From Phycisphaerae bacterium (GTDB lineage: Bacteria > Planctomycetota > Phycisphaerae > UBA1845 > Fen-1342), in the NCBI GenBank assembly GCA_963675745.2, contig CAXXWX010000015.1:256001-320000 (forward strand): a stretch of 64,000 bases of DNA. The letters are read 5' to 3'. The notes beneath the pieces are model-generated. The model saw nothing but the letters and a program-made list of their open reading frames with translations. It did no database searches and was not told where the DNA came from. Each line of letters opens with the position of its first letter. The stretch's first letter is position 1. The position numbers and the translations under genes are program-made. Positions 20,999-29,987 of this stretch are shown piece by piece.

Positions 20999-21082
20999 GA
21001 GGCGAAAAAGGTGTCAGGAAGATTTTTGCGGCCCCTTGCGGAGGCGAAAAAGGTGTCAGGAAGATTTTTGCGGCCCCTTGCG
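20999..21082. repeat. perfect 42-bp tandem duplication containing AAAAAGGTGTCAGGAA
   Basis: GAGGCGAAAAAGGTGTCAGGAAGATTTTTGCGGCCCCTTGCG twice. Confidence 0.9.
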
Positions 21083-21110
21083 GGCGTCATCGCGTCGATC
21101 CTGACGGCCA

Positions 21111-21188
21111 CCGCCGCGCACCTCACGTCACCAGCCGCCGCGCACCTCACGTCACCAACCGCCGCGCCCCTCACGTCACCAACCGCCA
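21111..21188. repeat. three 24-bp tandem repeats copying the feoB 3' end and stop codon
   Basis: CCGCCGCGC(A/C)CCTCACGTCACCA(A/G) x3; the last unit contains the feoB stop. Confidence 0.9.
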
Positions 21189-22565
21189 CACGCCTGCCAC
21201 CGCCGTGCAGGTTACGATCGCTATGCTCAGCGGCATCAGGTTGGCCCAGAGCGTCCATTTCACGCTGCCGGTCTCGCGGTAGATCGTCCACGTCGCCGTC
21301 GAGCAGGGATAGTGCAAAAGCGAGAAGAGCATCAGGCACACCGCCGTCATCAGCGTCCAGTTATGCGCGTGGAAGAGGGCGGCGGTTTGGCTGATGTCGT
21401 CGAACTCGGTCATCTGCGTCGCCGCCAGGTAACCCATGATCATCGTCGGCACGACAATCTCATTGGCGGGAATGGCGATCAGAAACGCCAGCAGAATCAC
21501 GCCGTCGATCCCCATCACCCAGCCGATCGGCTCGAGCCAGATACTGAGAATCTGCATCAGACTCTGATCGCCGACGTGGATCGCGCCCAGCAGGTAGATC
21601 ACGCCGCCCGCCGGCGCCGCGACGACGCACGCGCGCCCCAGCACCGAGATCGTGCGGTCGATGATCGAACGGTAGATCACGCGTAAAATCGCCGGCCGGC
21701 GATATGGCGGCAATTCGAGGTAAAAGTGGCTGGCCTCGCCCTTCAACACCGTGTTCGACAACACTTTGCACACGATGAAGGTCACCAGAACGCCCAGCAG
21801 GCACACACCCGCCACACACGCCGTCACTACCAGACCAGCCCACCGTGGCGGCACGGCGGCCCCGACGAAAATCGTTGACACCAGGATGATCGTCGGCCAG
21901 CGCCCGTTGCACAGCATGAAGTTGTTGGTCAGGATCGCCAGCAGCCGCTCGCGCGGCGACTCGATCACCCGGCACGAAACCACACCCGCCGCATTGCACC
22001 CAAACCCCATCGACATCGTCAGCGCCTGCTTGCCATGCGCGCCGGCCCAGCGAAACAGCCGATCGAGGTTAAACGCCACGCGCGGCAGATAGCCCACGTC
22101 TTCCAGCAGCGTGAATATCGGAAAGAAAATCGCCATCGGCGGCAGCATGACGGCGACAACCCACGCCAGCCCGCGATAAACGCCGTGAACCAGAAACCCC
22201 GTCAGCCAGCCCGGCGCCCCGGCGGCGGTGAACCACAGTTCGAGCTTGTCGTGCAGCCAGAAGAGCGCCGAGAACAACAACGCGCTCGGCGTGTTGGCCC
22301 CGGCAATCGTCATCCACAGCACGACCGCCAGCATCATGAACATCAGCGGGAAACCAAACCAGCGGCTGGTGAGAATGCGGTCGGCGAGCAGATCCCAGTT
22401 AACGCGCGGTCTGCCGGTGGTGCTCACCGCCGCCTGCGTAATGCGCTCGGCGTGCGAGTACATCGCCGCAACGGTGCGGTCGTGCAGACTCCCCGACAGC
22501 TTGGCGCGCAAGGCGTGCGCGCGTTCTATGATCTCGTCGGGCTTCGGGCCGGATGACGTGGTCAC
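21171..22565 (-). CDS. feoB: ferrous iron transporter FeoB, membrane (Gate/C-terminal) part
   Basis: LLEDVGYLPRVAFNLD, GFGCNA, ELPPYRRP, IPANE, HYPCST. Confidence 0.93.
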   Translation of the reverse strand: MTTSSGPKPDEIIERAHALRAKLSGSLHDRTVAAMYSHAERITQAAVSTTGRPRVNWDLLADRILTSRWFGFPLMFMMLAVVLWMTIAGANTPSALLFSALFWLHDKLELWFTAAGAPGWLTGFLVHGVYRGLAWVVAVMLPPMAIFFPIFTLLEDVGYLPRVAFNLDRLFRWAGAHGKQALTMSMGFGCNAAGVVSCRVIESPRERLLAILTNNFMLCNGRWPTIILVSTIFVGAAVPPRWAGLVVTACVAGVCLLGVLVTFIVCKVLSNTVLKGEASHFYLELPPYRRPAILRVIYRSIIDRTISVLGRACVVAAPAGGVIYLLGAIHVGDQSLMQILSIWLEPIGWVMGIDGVILLAFLIAIPANEIVVPTMIMGYLAATQMTEFDDISQTAALFHAHNWTLMTAVCLMLFSLLHYPCSTATWTIYRETGSVKWTLWANLMPLSIAIVTCTAVAGVWRLVT

Positions 22566-23353
22566 GAGACGCCCGCTCCCCCACCGGCGGCGAGTCGGGC
22601 CAGGCTACCATCGCGCAACGCCGCTTCGACGCGCTCGTCACCTTCCAGCAGACGCATCGCAATCCAGCGCGCACACGCTAGATCCGGCAGGGCCGCGCGC
22701 AGGTTGTCAGCGATCTCGCTAATCGCGCGCTCGAGGTCGGCGTCAAATGCCACGTCCACGAGTGATGGCGACGAACGCCCCGCGGCCATTTCGTGGACGC
22801 GATCCATCAATTGACTGAGCCCCTTGCCATGCCGCGCAACGGTCGCAACAACCGGCGCGCCGAGTTCGCGTTCGAGCACGTCGGCTTCAATCTCGATGCG
22901 CTTGCGACGAGCTTCGTCTATCAGATTGACGCACAAGACCACGCGGTCGGTGATCTGGCGGATTTGCAGCGCCAGCAACAGGTTGCGTTCGAGCACGGTC
23001 GCATCGCAGACAACTATCGTGCAATCCGGCTGGCTGAACAGGATGAAGTCGCGCGCGATCTGCTCGTCAACGCTGTCAGCCTGTAGCGAGTAGGTACCGG
23101 GAAGATCAACCAGGCGAAAGCGCTTGCCGGCGTGAGTTATCAGCCCTTCAGCACGGCTGACCGTCTTACCGGCCCAGTTCCCCGTGTGCTGACGCAGACC
23201 GGTCAGGAAGTTGAACAGCGTGCTCTTGCCGGTGTTCGGGTTGCCGGCCAGCGCGATCACGTAGTCGTTCCGGCCCGACGAATCGCCGAGCGTCACAAGC
23301 TGAGGCTGGTCGGTGGGCTTGCACCCCGCTGGGCAGGATTTGCACGAGCTCAT
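22562..23353 (-). CDS. feoB: FeoB N-terminal small GTPase domain as a separate protein
   Basis: IALAGNPNTGKSTLFN.LTG.RQHTGNW.GKTV, DLPGTYSL, NLIDEA; stop overlaps the next GTG (GTGA). Confidence 0.93.
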   Translation of the reverse strand: MSSCKSCPAGCKPTDQPQLVTLGDSSGRNDYVIALAGNPNTGKSTLFNFLTGLRQHTGNWAGKTVSRAEGLITHAGKRFRLVDLPGTYSLQADSVDEQIARDFILFSQPDCTIVVCDATVLERNLLLALQIRQITDRVVLCVNLIDEARRKRIEIEADVLERELGAPVVATVARHGKGLSQLMDRVHEMAAGRSSPSLVDVAFDADLERAISEIADNLRAALPDLACARWIAMRLLEGDERVEAALRDGSLARLAAGGGAGVS

Positions 23354-23393
23354 CGCCACGCTCCCGGGCCATGCTCGCGTAAGGGCGCCGGCG

Positions 23394-23621
23394 CTAGACG
23401 GTGACGCGAACGGTAGCGGCGTCGACGCTGCGCAGTGCGATCATGGCACCGCGGATAAGATAACACACCGGGTCGCCGATGGGGCTGTTGATCACGCGTT
23501 TCACGACCGAACCGGGGATCAAGCCAAGATCCATCAGGCGTTGGCGCAGCGGGCCGGAATTGTCGATATCGAGAACCTCGGCGGACGTGCCGGGTTTCAG
23601 GTTGGTCAGGGGGATGCCCAT
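23394..23621 (-). CDS. feoA: ferrous iron transport protein FeoA
   Basis: RQRLMDLGLIPG...SPIGDP....IRG..IALR. Confidence 0.95.
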   Translation of the reverse strand: MGIPLTNLKPGTSAEVLDIDNSGPLRQRLMDLGLIPGSVVKRVINSPIGDPVCYLIRGAMIALRSVDAATVRVTV

Positions 23622-23692
23622 GCTGTTTACTCCGTAATTGCCGTTACACGCTGGCGGGGCCTCGGGGCCCACTGCCGTAGCGTTGGTTATCT

Positions 23693-23712
23693 AATGTAGA
23701 TTGTACTACATT
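23693..23712. promoter_or_regulatory. candidate metal-responsive operator upstream of feoA
   Basis: perfect AT-rich inverted repeat AATGTAG-N6-CTACATT in an AT-rich island about 70 bp upstream of feoA. Confidence 0.6.
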
Positions 23713-23900
23713 TTGGCGCATGTGCAACATTTTTTAGCAAAACCTGGCGAATCCCGCACGAACAGGCTTATCGGTAGCGGTTACGACAAAGGGCGATCAA
23801 CAGCGCTATGGTGTGTACCCGCCGATAGATATAATCGGACGTTTGCGACGTCCAGTTCAACATGCCGCGGTCAGCGGCGAGTCTGCCTGGTGAGAAGAGA

Positions 23901-24854
23901 ATGAGGGATTTTGGATTGAGCCGCCCGCGCGTTGGCTGGTTCGTTACTCTGCTGGGCGTTGCGGTCGCTGGCGGCGCCTGTGTCGCACAAATGGTGCAAC
24001 CCGCCGACCAGGCACCCGCGTACTCGCCGCCGCGCGGTATCGCGCAGCTTGACGACCAGCGAATCGATGAGGCGTCGGGCATCGTGGCGAGCCGCCGGAA
24101 CCAGGGCCTGTATTACATAAACAACGACTCGGGTGACCAGCCGCGCGTGTTTCTTGTAGACCGCGCCGGAAAGACGCGCCTGACCATCACGCTGAGCGGT
24201 GCCCGACACGTCGATTATGAGGACATCGCAATCGCACCAACCGAAAAGCCCGGCGAGTTTGACGTGTGTGTCGCCGATATCGGGGACAATGAAGCCAAAC
24301 GCAACGACCTCGTGATCTACCGCTTTGCCGAGGTCGATGCGGCGGCGCACGACGAGACCGTCTCGGTCAAGCCGCGCGTCTACCGCATCAGCTACGCCGG
24401 CGGGCCGGCCAACGCCGAGGCTTTGTTTGTGCATCCACAGACCGGAAACGGCTACATTGTCACCAAGCGTGATGACGGCGCGCCGGCGGATGTGTATGAG
24501 CTGCCGGCGCCCTGGCCGCTGCGCGGCGTAACAAAGCTGCGGAAGGTGGCCGAAGTCAAGGTCAAAGGCCGCAGCGCGTTCGAACGACTCATCACCGCGG
24601 CCGACATCTCGCCGGACGGCAGGCGCATCGCGTTGCGCACGTACGTGTGGGGATGGGAATGGAACGCGGGGCCTGACGACGACGGCGTGGAGTTCACGCG
24701 CATTTTTGAGCGGTCGCCGCAAAGGATCATGCTGGCCGCCGAGCCGCAGGGCGAGGCGCTCTGCTACAACACAGACGCCAGAGCGCTGGTGACGGTGAGC
24801 GAGAAACTGCCGACGGTTTTATACGAGGTAAGAGACGACAGCGGCGCCCACTAG
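23901..24854 (+). CDS. secreted beta-propeller-like hypothetical protein
   Basis: signal peptide; EASGIVAS, NDSGD, DYEDIA, ADIGDN, NAEALFV, TAADISPDG, QGEALC. Confidence 0.8.
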   Translation: MRDFGLSRPRVGWFVTLLGVAVAGGACVAQMVQPADQAPAYSPPRGIAQLDDQRIDEASGIVASRRNQGLYYINNDSGDQPRVFLVDRAGKTRLTITLSGARHVDYEDIAIAPTEKPGEFDVCVADIGDNEAKRNDLVIYRFAEVDAAAHDETVSVKPRVYRISYAGGPANAEALFVHPQTGNGYIVTKRDDGAPADVYELPAPWPLRGVTKLRKVAEVKVKGRSAFERLITAADISPDGRRIALRTYVWGWEWNAGPDDDGVEFTRIFERSPQRIMLAAEPQGEALCYNTDARALVTVSEKLPTVLYEVRDDSGAH

Positions 24855-24903
24855 AGTGGCGCCGCGACATGAGGCCCATGCGCCGAAGGACCAAGGGGCA
24901 CAT

Positions 24904-26031
24904 ATGAACCCGCGACCGGACTCCATCCTCCCGATGCTGGAAGCGATGAAGCGCCTGCAAGCCAGCGATCTGCACCTCAAGAGTGGCCTGCCGCCGATCT
25001 ATCGCGTGGCCGGGGCGCTACGCCGTAGCGATGTTGAGCCGTTCTCGGTTGATGAGGACGATATCCTCGGACTCATGAAGCCGCTGATTCCGGAGATGAA
25101 GTTCAAGGACTGGGATACGCGCGGCGCGATTGACTTCGCCCACTACCTGCCGGACGGCGATCGCTTTCGCATCAACGTATTACGCGCCGGCGGCCTGATG
25201 CACGCCGCCATACGCCGCGTAAAGGCCGAGATTCCGAGTTTTGACGAGCTGCATCTACCGCCCGCATATCGCAAAATCGCGGCGGAGATACACGAGGGGC
25301 TGGTGTTGGTCGTCGGCGTCACCGGCTGCGGCAAGAGCTCGACGATGGCCGCGATGATTGACCATATCAACGCCACCCAGCAGGTCAACATCATCAGTAT
25401 CGAGGACCCGATCGAGTACGCGTTCAAGCCCAAGTCGGCGATCGTGAGTCAACGTGAGATCGGGCTCGACCTGCCGTCGTTCGCCGACGGGCTGCGTTCC
25501 GCCGTTCGGCAGGATCCCGACGTGATCTTTGTCGGTGAGCTGCGTGACAAGGAGACGGTGATGGCGGCGCTCCAGGCCGCCGAAACCGGCCACCTGGTAT
25601 TCGCCACGCTGCACACGGCGGACACGATGCAGTCGCTGACGCGCATGCTCGAGTTCTTCCCCAAGGAGCAGCACGACTTTATCCGCAGTTCGCTCGCCAA
25701 CAGCCTCAAAGCCGTGCTGGCCCAGCGCCTGCTGCCGGCGATTGACGAGAAGATTTCGCGCGTGCCGGCTTGCGAAGTGCTGATTGTCGAGGCGGTGGTC
25801 AAAGACAAGATCCGCGAGGCCGAGGACGAAGACATCCCCGAGATCATCGCCGGCAGTCGCCACATGGGCATGCAGAACTTCACGCACTCGCTGGTCGACC
25901 TGGTCGAGCAGGATCTGGTCTACACCGATATTGCCGTCGAGTACGCCCCCAACCGCGAGCAACTAATGGGCGCCCTCCGCGGCATCAAGACATCGGCGCA
26001 AACACTGGTCCACCGCATCAAGCGCGGTTGA
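24904..26031 (+). CDS. pilT: PilT/PilU family type IV pilus ATPase
   Basis: ASDLHL, GVTGCGKS Walker A, IEDPIE, RQDPDVIFVGELRD, AAETGHLVFATLHT. Confidence 0.9.
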   Translation: MNPRPDSILPMLEAMKRLQASDLHLKSGLPPIYRVAGALRRSDVEPFSVDEDDILGLMKPLIPEMKFKDWDTRGAIDFAHYLPDGDRFRINVLRAGGLMHAAIRRVKAEIPSFDELHLPPAYRKIAAEIHEGLVLVVGVTGCGKSSTMAAMIDHINATQQVNIISIEDPIEYAFKPKSAIVSQREIGLDLPSFADGLRSAVRQDPDVIFVGELRDKETVMAALQAAETGHLVFATLHTADTMQSLTRMLEFFPKEQHDFIRSSLANSLKAVLAQRLLPAIDEKISRVPACEVLIVEAVVKDKIREAEDEDIPEIIAGSRHMGMQNFTHSLVDLVEQDLVYTDIAVEYAPNREQLMGALRGIKTSAQTLVHRIKRG

Positions 26032-26075
26032 GTAGAGGCCAACCGTGAGCTGACATTCGGCACAAAGCCGGCACA

Positions 26076-26152
26076 GTAGCGGCCCGCGCCTCGCGGGCCG
26101 TCGACACGACAGGAGGTTTCGGGCCCCGACGACCCGCGCGGCGCAGGCCGCT
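26076..26152. repeat. inverted GTAG-REP doublet whose second copy is interrupted by the IS110 element
   Basis: GTAGCGGCCCGCGCCTCGCGGGCCGTCG at 26076; partner CGACGACCCGCGCGGCGCAGGCCGCT ends at 26152, with the missing AC(G) found at 27501. Confidence 0.8.
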
Positions 26153-26177
26153 TCTATGCAAGCTCCGTGTCTGTCAA

Positions 26178-26387
26178 GCGGCGTTGGGGGGTGGACCCCA
26201 ATCTTCTATCCGAGCATCTCCTGCGAGCAGGATAGCCCACACGGGTATTCCGAGCGGTGCGGGTTGCCCCATCTACGAACGAGCGTCAACAACAGCCCCA
26301 GCGGCCAACGAGCTCACCCGCGCCAAGATCCTCTCCCAGCCAAACGCCGCCCTCCGGTGCTCTCCGGAGGGGAAAGAAGTCTGTTTT
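26178..26387 (-). ncRNA. putative bridge/seekRNA in the IS1111-type 3' non-coding region
   Basis: about 210-nt structured region downstream of the recombinase containing GGCCGCT, CGTAGATGGGG and ATAGAAGAT, which match the target and donor junctions; boundaries approximate. Confidence 0.6.
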
Positions 26388-27422
26388 TTAGCCCGCCGCC
26401 TCCACCGACGGCAACATCTCGTAATACAACTTCCGCACCCAGCGATTGGCCACCGCCGCCACGATCACGCAGCGGGCCTTGCCGGCCTGCGACAGTCGCG
26501 CGGCCAGATCACACCAGTGCGGATCGTAGCGTTTCAGGCGATGGGCCAGTTCGATCAACGCCAGCTTCAACTGGCGATTGCCGCCACGCACCAGGCCGGC
26601 GTCCGCCTGACGCTCTCCGCTCGACGCATTCTGCGGGCTCACCCCGCAGTAGTGCGCCAACTGCTTGCCAGAACCGAACCGCTCAAACTGCCCGATCTCA
26701 GCACGCAGCACGCCGGCCGTGATCAGCCCGATCCCAGCCTGCTCCAGTAAGCGTTGGACCAGCGGATCATCGGCGACCGTTTCTCCCAGCCGTTGTTCAT
26801 ATGTTTTGATCTCCGCCGCCAGGTAATCCAGATGACGCAGATGCCGACCCAACAACCATTGCGATTCGTTCGGCAAACGTGCGTCCGACGCCAGTTCGGT
26901 CAACCAAGCCTGGCCGCGTCGGGTCCACACGCGTCGCACCGTCTCCGGCTTGCCGATCCGAAGATCCCGCAACAACGCCCGCACACGCAGCTTCACCCGT
27001 CGAGCCTCTTCGACCAACGCTTGCCGCCCGCGGGTCAGACGCCGCAGTTCGCGAATCGCCGACGGCGCCAGCCATACCGGCGGCAGATAGCCAACACGCC
27101 GCAGATCGGCCAGCACACGGGCGTCGCTGTAATCCGTCTTGTCCGGATTCCGCTTCATACGCCGCACAAAGCCCGGATGGGCCAGTTGCACCGGCCAGCC
27201 CCGCCGCTGAATCAGTTCGTCGGCCAGAGTGGCGGCTCCGCAACACGCCTCGATCGCCACCCCGCCGATCGGACCAAAACGTTCGGCGTATGCGATCAAG
27301 CGATCGCCCTCACTGCGCAGCCGCCGCGTGCCGAGTTGGCAACCGTCCGCGTCCAAAACCACAACCTGCGAAACCTGATCGGCGTAGTCAATCCCTACAA
27401 ATACCGGTACGCTACCTTTCAT
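26388..27422 (-). CDS. IS110 family transposase/recombinase (DEDD RuvC-like + Tnp20 domain)
   Basis: FVGIDYA, AIEAC, KTDYSDA, GIG.ITA..L.AEIG...RF, YCGVSP...SSG; AAGGAG RBS. Confidence 0.95.
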   Translation of the reverse strand: MKGSVPVFVGIDYADQVSQVVVLDADGCQLGTRRLRSEGDRLIAYAERFGPIGGVAIEACCGAATLADELIQRRGWPVQLAHPGFVRRMKRNPDKTDYSDARVLADLRRVGYLPPVWLAPSAIRELRRLTRGRQALVEEARRVKLRVRALLRDLRIGKPETVRRVWTRRGQAWLTELASDARLPNESQWLLGRHLRHLDYLAAEIKTYEQRLGETVADDPLVQRLLEQAGIGLITAGVLRAEIGQFERFGSGKQLAHYCGVSPQNASSGERQADAGLVRGGNRQLKLALIELAHRLKRYDPHWCDLAARLSQAGKARCVIVAAVANRWVRKLYYEMLPSVEAAG

Positions 27423-27600
27423 CGCTTGCTCCTTGGTCAGGAAACTCGATTTACCAACCCGAGTTGTACTCGGGAGACCAAGGAGCTTGCATCCCCATCT
27501 ACGTTGTCGGGCACTGCGGAGCCCCCCCCACCATGCTTGCGGTGATGGTGGAGTTGGCAACCGACGTGCCTGAAACAGATCACGGAGTCGCTGCCACCAA

Positions 27601-27810
27601 TCAATCTTCGTACTTGAACGACAGGCTCACCTTGGCGCGATAGGCGACCACCTTGCCGTCTTCGACGCGCAGATCCAGCTCCTTGATCTCCGCGATGCGC
27701 AGGTTCTTCAGACTCTTCGCCGCCGTCTCCACCGCGTTCTTGGCGGCGTCTTCCCAGGACTTCTCGCTGCTGCCGACGAGTTCGATGACTTTGTAGACGC
27801 TTTCGGACAT
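27601..27810 (-). CDS. dodecin (flavin-binding)
   Basis: VYKVIELVGSSEKSWEDAA..AV..A.KSLKNLR...YRAKVSLSFK, 69 aa. Confidence 0.95.
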   Translation of the reverse strand: MSESVYKVIELVGSSEKSWEDAAKNAVETAAKSLKNLRIAEIKELDLRVEDGKVVAYRAKVSLSFKYED

Positions 27811-28149
27811 GTCGAGGCTCCTTGTGGTTGTGCCGTGTTGTCTTGACCGGCGTATCGTACCGAGACCGGAACGAGGATCAACGCCATACGGAACTCGCCG
27901 CGCCCGGTCGCGTGTCCCATCCCGTCATGAAACGCGGATAAAGGGAGGACGCCCCCGAAGAAATCGGCGGCCGGCGGGGCGCCGGCCGTTACATTGTCGG
28001 CTCGCGCGCGTGCGTACGTTGCCCCGTCGCGCAGCGCGGGGGGTCGGACCAATCGGGATGCGCAGGCGCATCGGAGCGTCATCGGTCGACCAAGACGTTG
28101 GCCGCTGCGGCCTGACCGATGCGTAACCGAAGAACAGGGATGCCGGCGA

Positions 28150-29859
28150 TCACGGGGCCGCCGGGCGACCGCCCTTTCTCGGGTCGCTGCCCCCGACCAT
28201 CGTACCATCTTCGAGAAAACGGATTGCCTGGACAATGCCGCTGCGGTGCTCGGCGCCGATCGTGTGCCCCAGCGCCGACAGGGCCTGCGCCCCCGCCGCG
28301 GCATCGCGATCAAAGAAGACCTCGTTTGGTTGCCATTGATGATGGGCGCGGACGCTGGCCAACGCGTCGGCCAGCGGCAGGTTGATGTCAAGCACATTCA
28401 ACATCACGTGCAGCACGGACGAGATGATGCGCGGGCCCCCGGACGCACCCAGCACCAGCACCGGCTTATCGTCTTTCATCACGATCGTCGGCGACATGCT
28501 TGACAGCGGGCGCTTTCCCGGCCCGACCAGGTTCGCGTCGCTTTGCACCAGACCGTAGAGGTTTGCCTGGCCGCGCGCCGTGACAAAGTCGTCCATCTCG
28601 TTGTTAAGAATAATGCCGAACGGCTCGGCGACGACGAACGATCCGAACTTGCCGTTTATCGTCTCGGTGATCGCAACGACGTTGCCGTGTGCGTCAGCCA
28701 CGCAGAAGTGCGACGTGCCGTCGTCGTCGGGTATCTGCGCGACACCGTATGTGTCCGCCGCGGCCGTGTGTTCAAGCTCGACCCGAGCGGCGAGCGTCTT
28801 GGCGTATGCCTTGCTGACGAGGTAGTCGCTGGGCACATCGGCAAAATCCGGGTCGCCGAGGAATCGGGCCCGATCGGCAAAAGCGTGCTTCATAGCCTCG
28901 ATGCGCAGGTGCATCTGCGCCGCCGGGCTCGGCTCGTCGGCCAAAGCTGCGCGCCGGGCTTCCAGGATATTGAGCGCTTCGATGAGCGCAACACCGCCCG
29001 ACGACGGTGGCGGCATCGAGACCACCTCGAAGCCACGATAGGTCCCGCGCACCGGCGTGCGCGTTTTGACACGGTATCCCGCCAGGTCGTCAGCCGTAAT
29101 CGGGCTGCCCGCCTTCCGCGCCGCCTGCACCATCGCCCGCCCGAGCGGACCGCCATAGACGGCTTCGCGACCCGCTTCGGCTATGACGGTCAAGGCCTTG
29201 GCATAGGCCGGACGCGCGATGCGCTCCCCGATCTGTGGCGGTTGTCCGTTCTTCAGGAACATCTCGCCGAGTTGGGGATGAAACGCGCGCAGCTTTGCCC
29301 ACTTGTCGTAAGACTCGGCGATGTGCCGACAGGCCTCGCGGAAGTTGGCATCGACCGCGACGCCGCTCCGCGCCAGCGCAATTGCCGGCTTGGTCAACTC
29401 GGCGAGCGACTGCGTACCGTAGTGCTGGTTGATTTCGACCAGGCCCGCGAGTTGCCCGGGGACGCCGATCGCGTTGCCGCCGAAAATGCTCGGCGGCGGC
29501 CCCTTGTCGGCATCGCGCATAACTTCGGCGTAGTGCTCGGGCGTCGCGCCGGCTGGGGCCATCTCGCGAAAGTCCAGCGCGACAAAGCGTTGCTCCTTGG
29601 CGATGTAGGCCACCATGAAACCGCCGCCACCCAGACCCGTGCTGTACGGCCGCGCGACTCCGAGTGCGAAGGACGTCGCGACGGCGGCATCAAACGCGTT
29701 GCCGCCGCTGGAAAGCACGCCGGCCCCGACTTGCGATGCCTCGGGTGAGTCACTGGCCACCATCCCGTTTCTGCCACGGGCTATCCAGGTGGGGTCATCC
29801 GCCCACGCCACGGCGGAGAGAAGAACAAGCAAGCACAGACCGATTTTCGCCTTCAGCAT
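28150..29859 (-). CDS. ggt: gamma-glutamyltransferase
   Basis: GGNAFDAAVA, GLGGGGF, DFREMAP, catalytic GTSHF, LNNEMDDF, PGKRPLSSMSPT, DPRKGG. Confidence 0.96.
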   Translation of the reverse strand: MLKAKIGLCLLVLLSAVAWADDPTWIARGRNGMVASDSPEASQVGAGVLSSGGNAFDAAVATSFALGVARPYSTGLGGGGFMVAYIAKEQRFVALDFREMAPAGATPEHYAEVMRDADKGPPPSIFGGNAIGVPGQLAGLVEINQHYGTQSLAELTKPAIALARSGVAVDANFREACRHIAESYDKWAKLRAFHPQLGEMFLKNGQPPQIGERIARPAYAKALTVIAEAGREAVYGGPLGRAMVQAARKAGSPITADDLAGYRVKTRTPVRGTYRGFEVVSMPPPSSGGVALIEALNILEARRAALADEPSPAAQMHLRIEAMKHAFADRARFLGDPDFADVPSDYLVSKAYAKTLAARVELEHTAAADTYGVAQIPDDDGTSHFCVADAHGNVVAITETINGKFGSFVVAEPFGIILNNEMDDFVTARGQANLYGLVQSDANLVGPGKRPLSSMSPTIVMKDDKPVLVLGASGGPRIISSVLHVMLNVLDINLPLADALASVRAHHQWQPNEVFFDRDAAAGAQALSALGHTIGAEHRSGIVQAIRFLEDGTMVGGSDPRKGGRPAAP

Positions 29860-29987
29860 GATCGCACCCTCAAAGCCCTAGTAACCAAGGGCATATTAAC
29901 CCCCACAAACGCCACCTAACACCCACACGCACACCACCCACCCGTTTGTGCAGTTTCTGTTGTTTCTGTTGTTGCTGTTTCTTCCCG

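Larger units (their letters stand above)
26151..27500 (-). mobile_element. IS110-family (IS1111-type) insertion sequence
   Basis: sub-terminal IRs ATGCAAGCTCC (26156-26166) / GGAGCTTGCAT (27482-27492); CT/AG dinucleotide at both ends; outward TTGACA near the right end; removal restores a GTAG-REP. Confidence 0.85.

Noticed and set aside
19636..21188. CRISPR array
   Set aside because: The repeats are directly adjacent with no unique spacers, and no cas genes are present.
27811..28149. FMN riboswitch upstream of dodecin
   Set aside because: No AGGGCAGGGTGAAATTCCC-like core was found on either strand.
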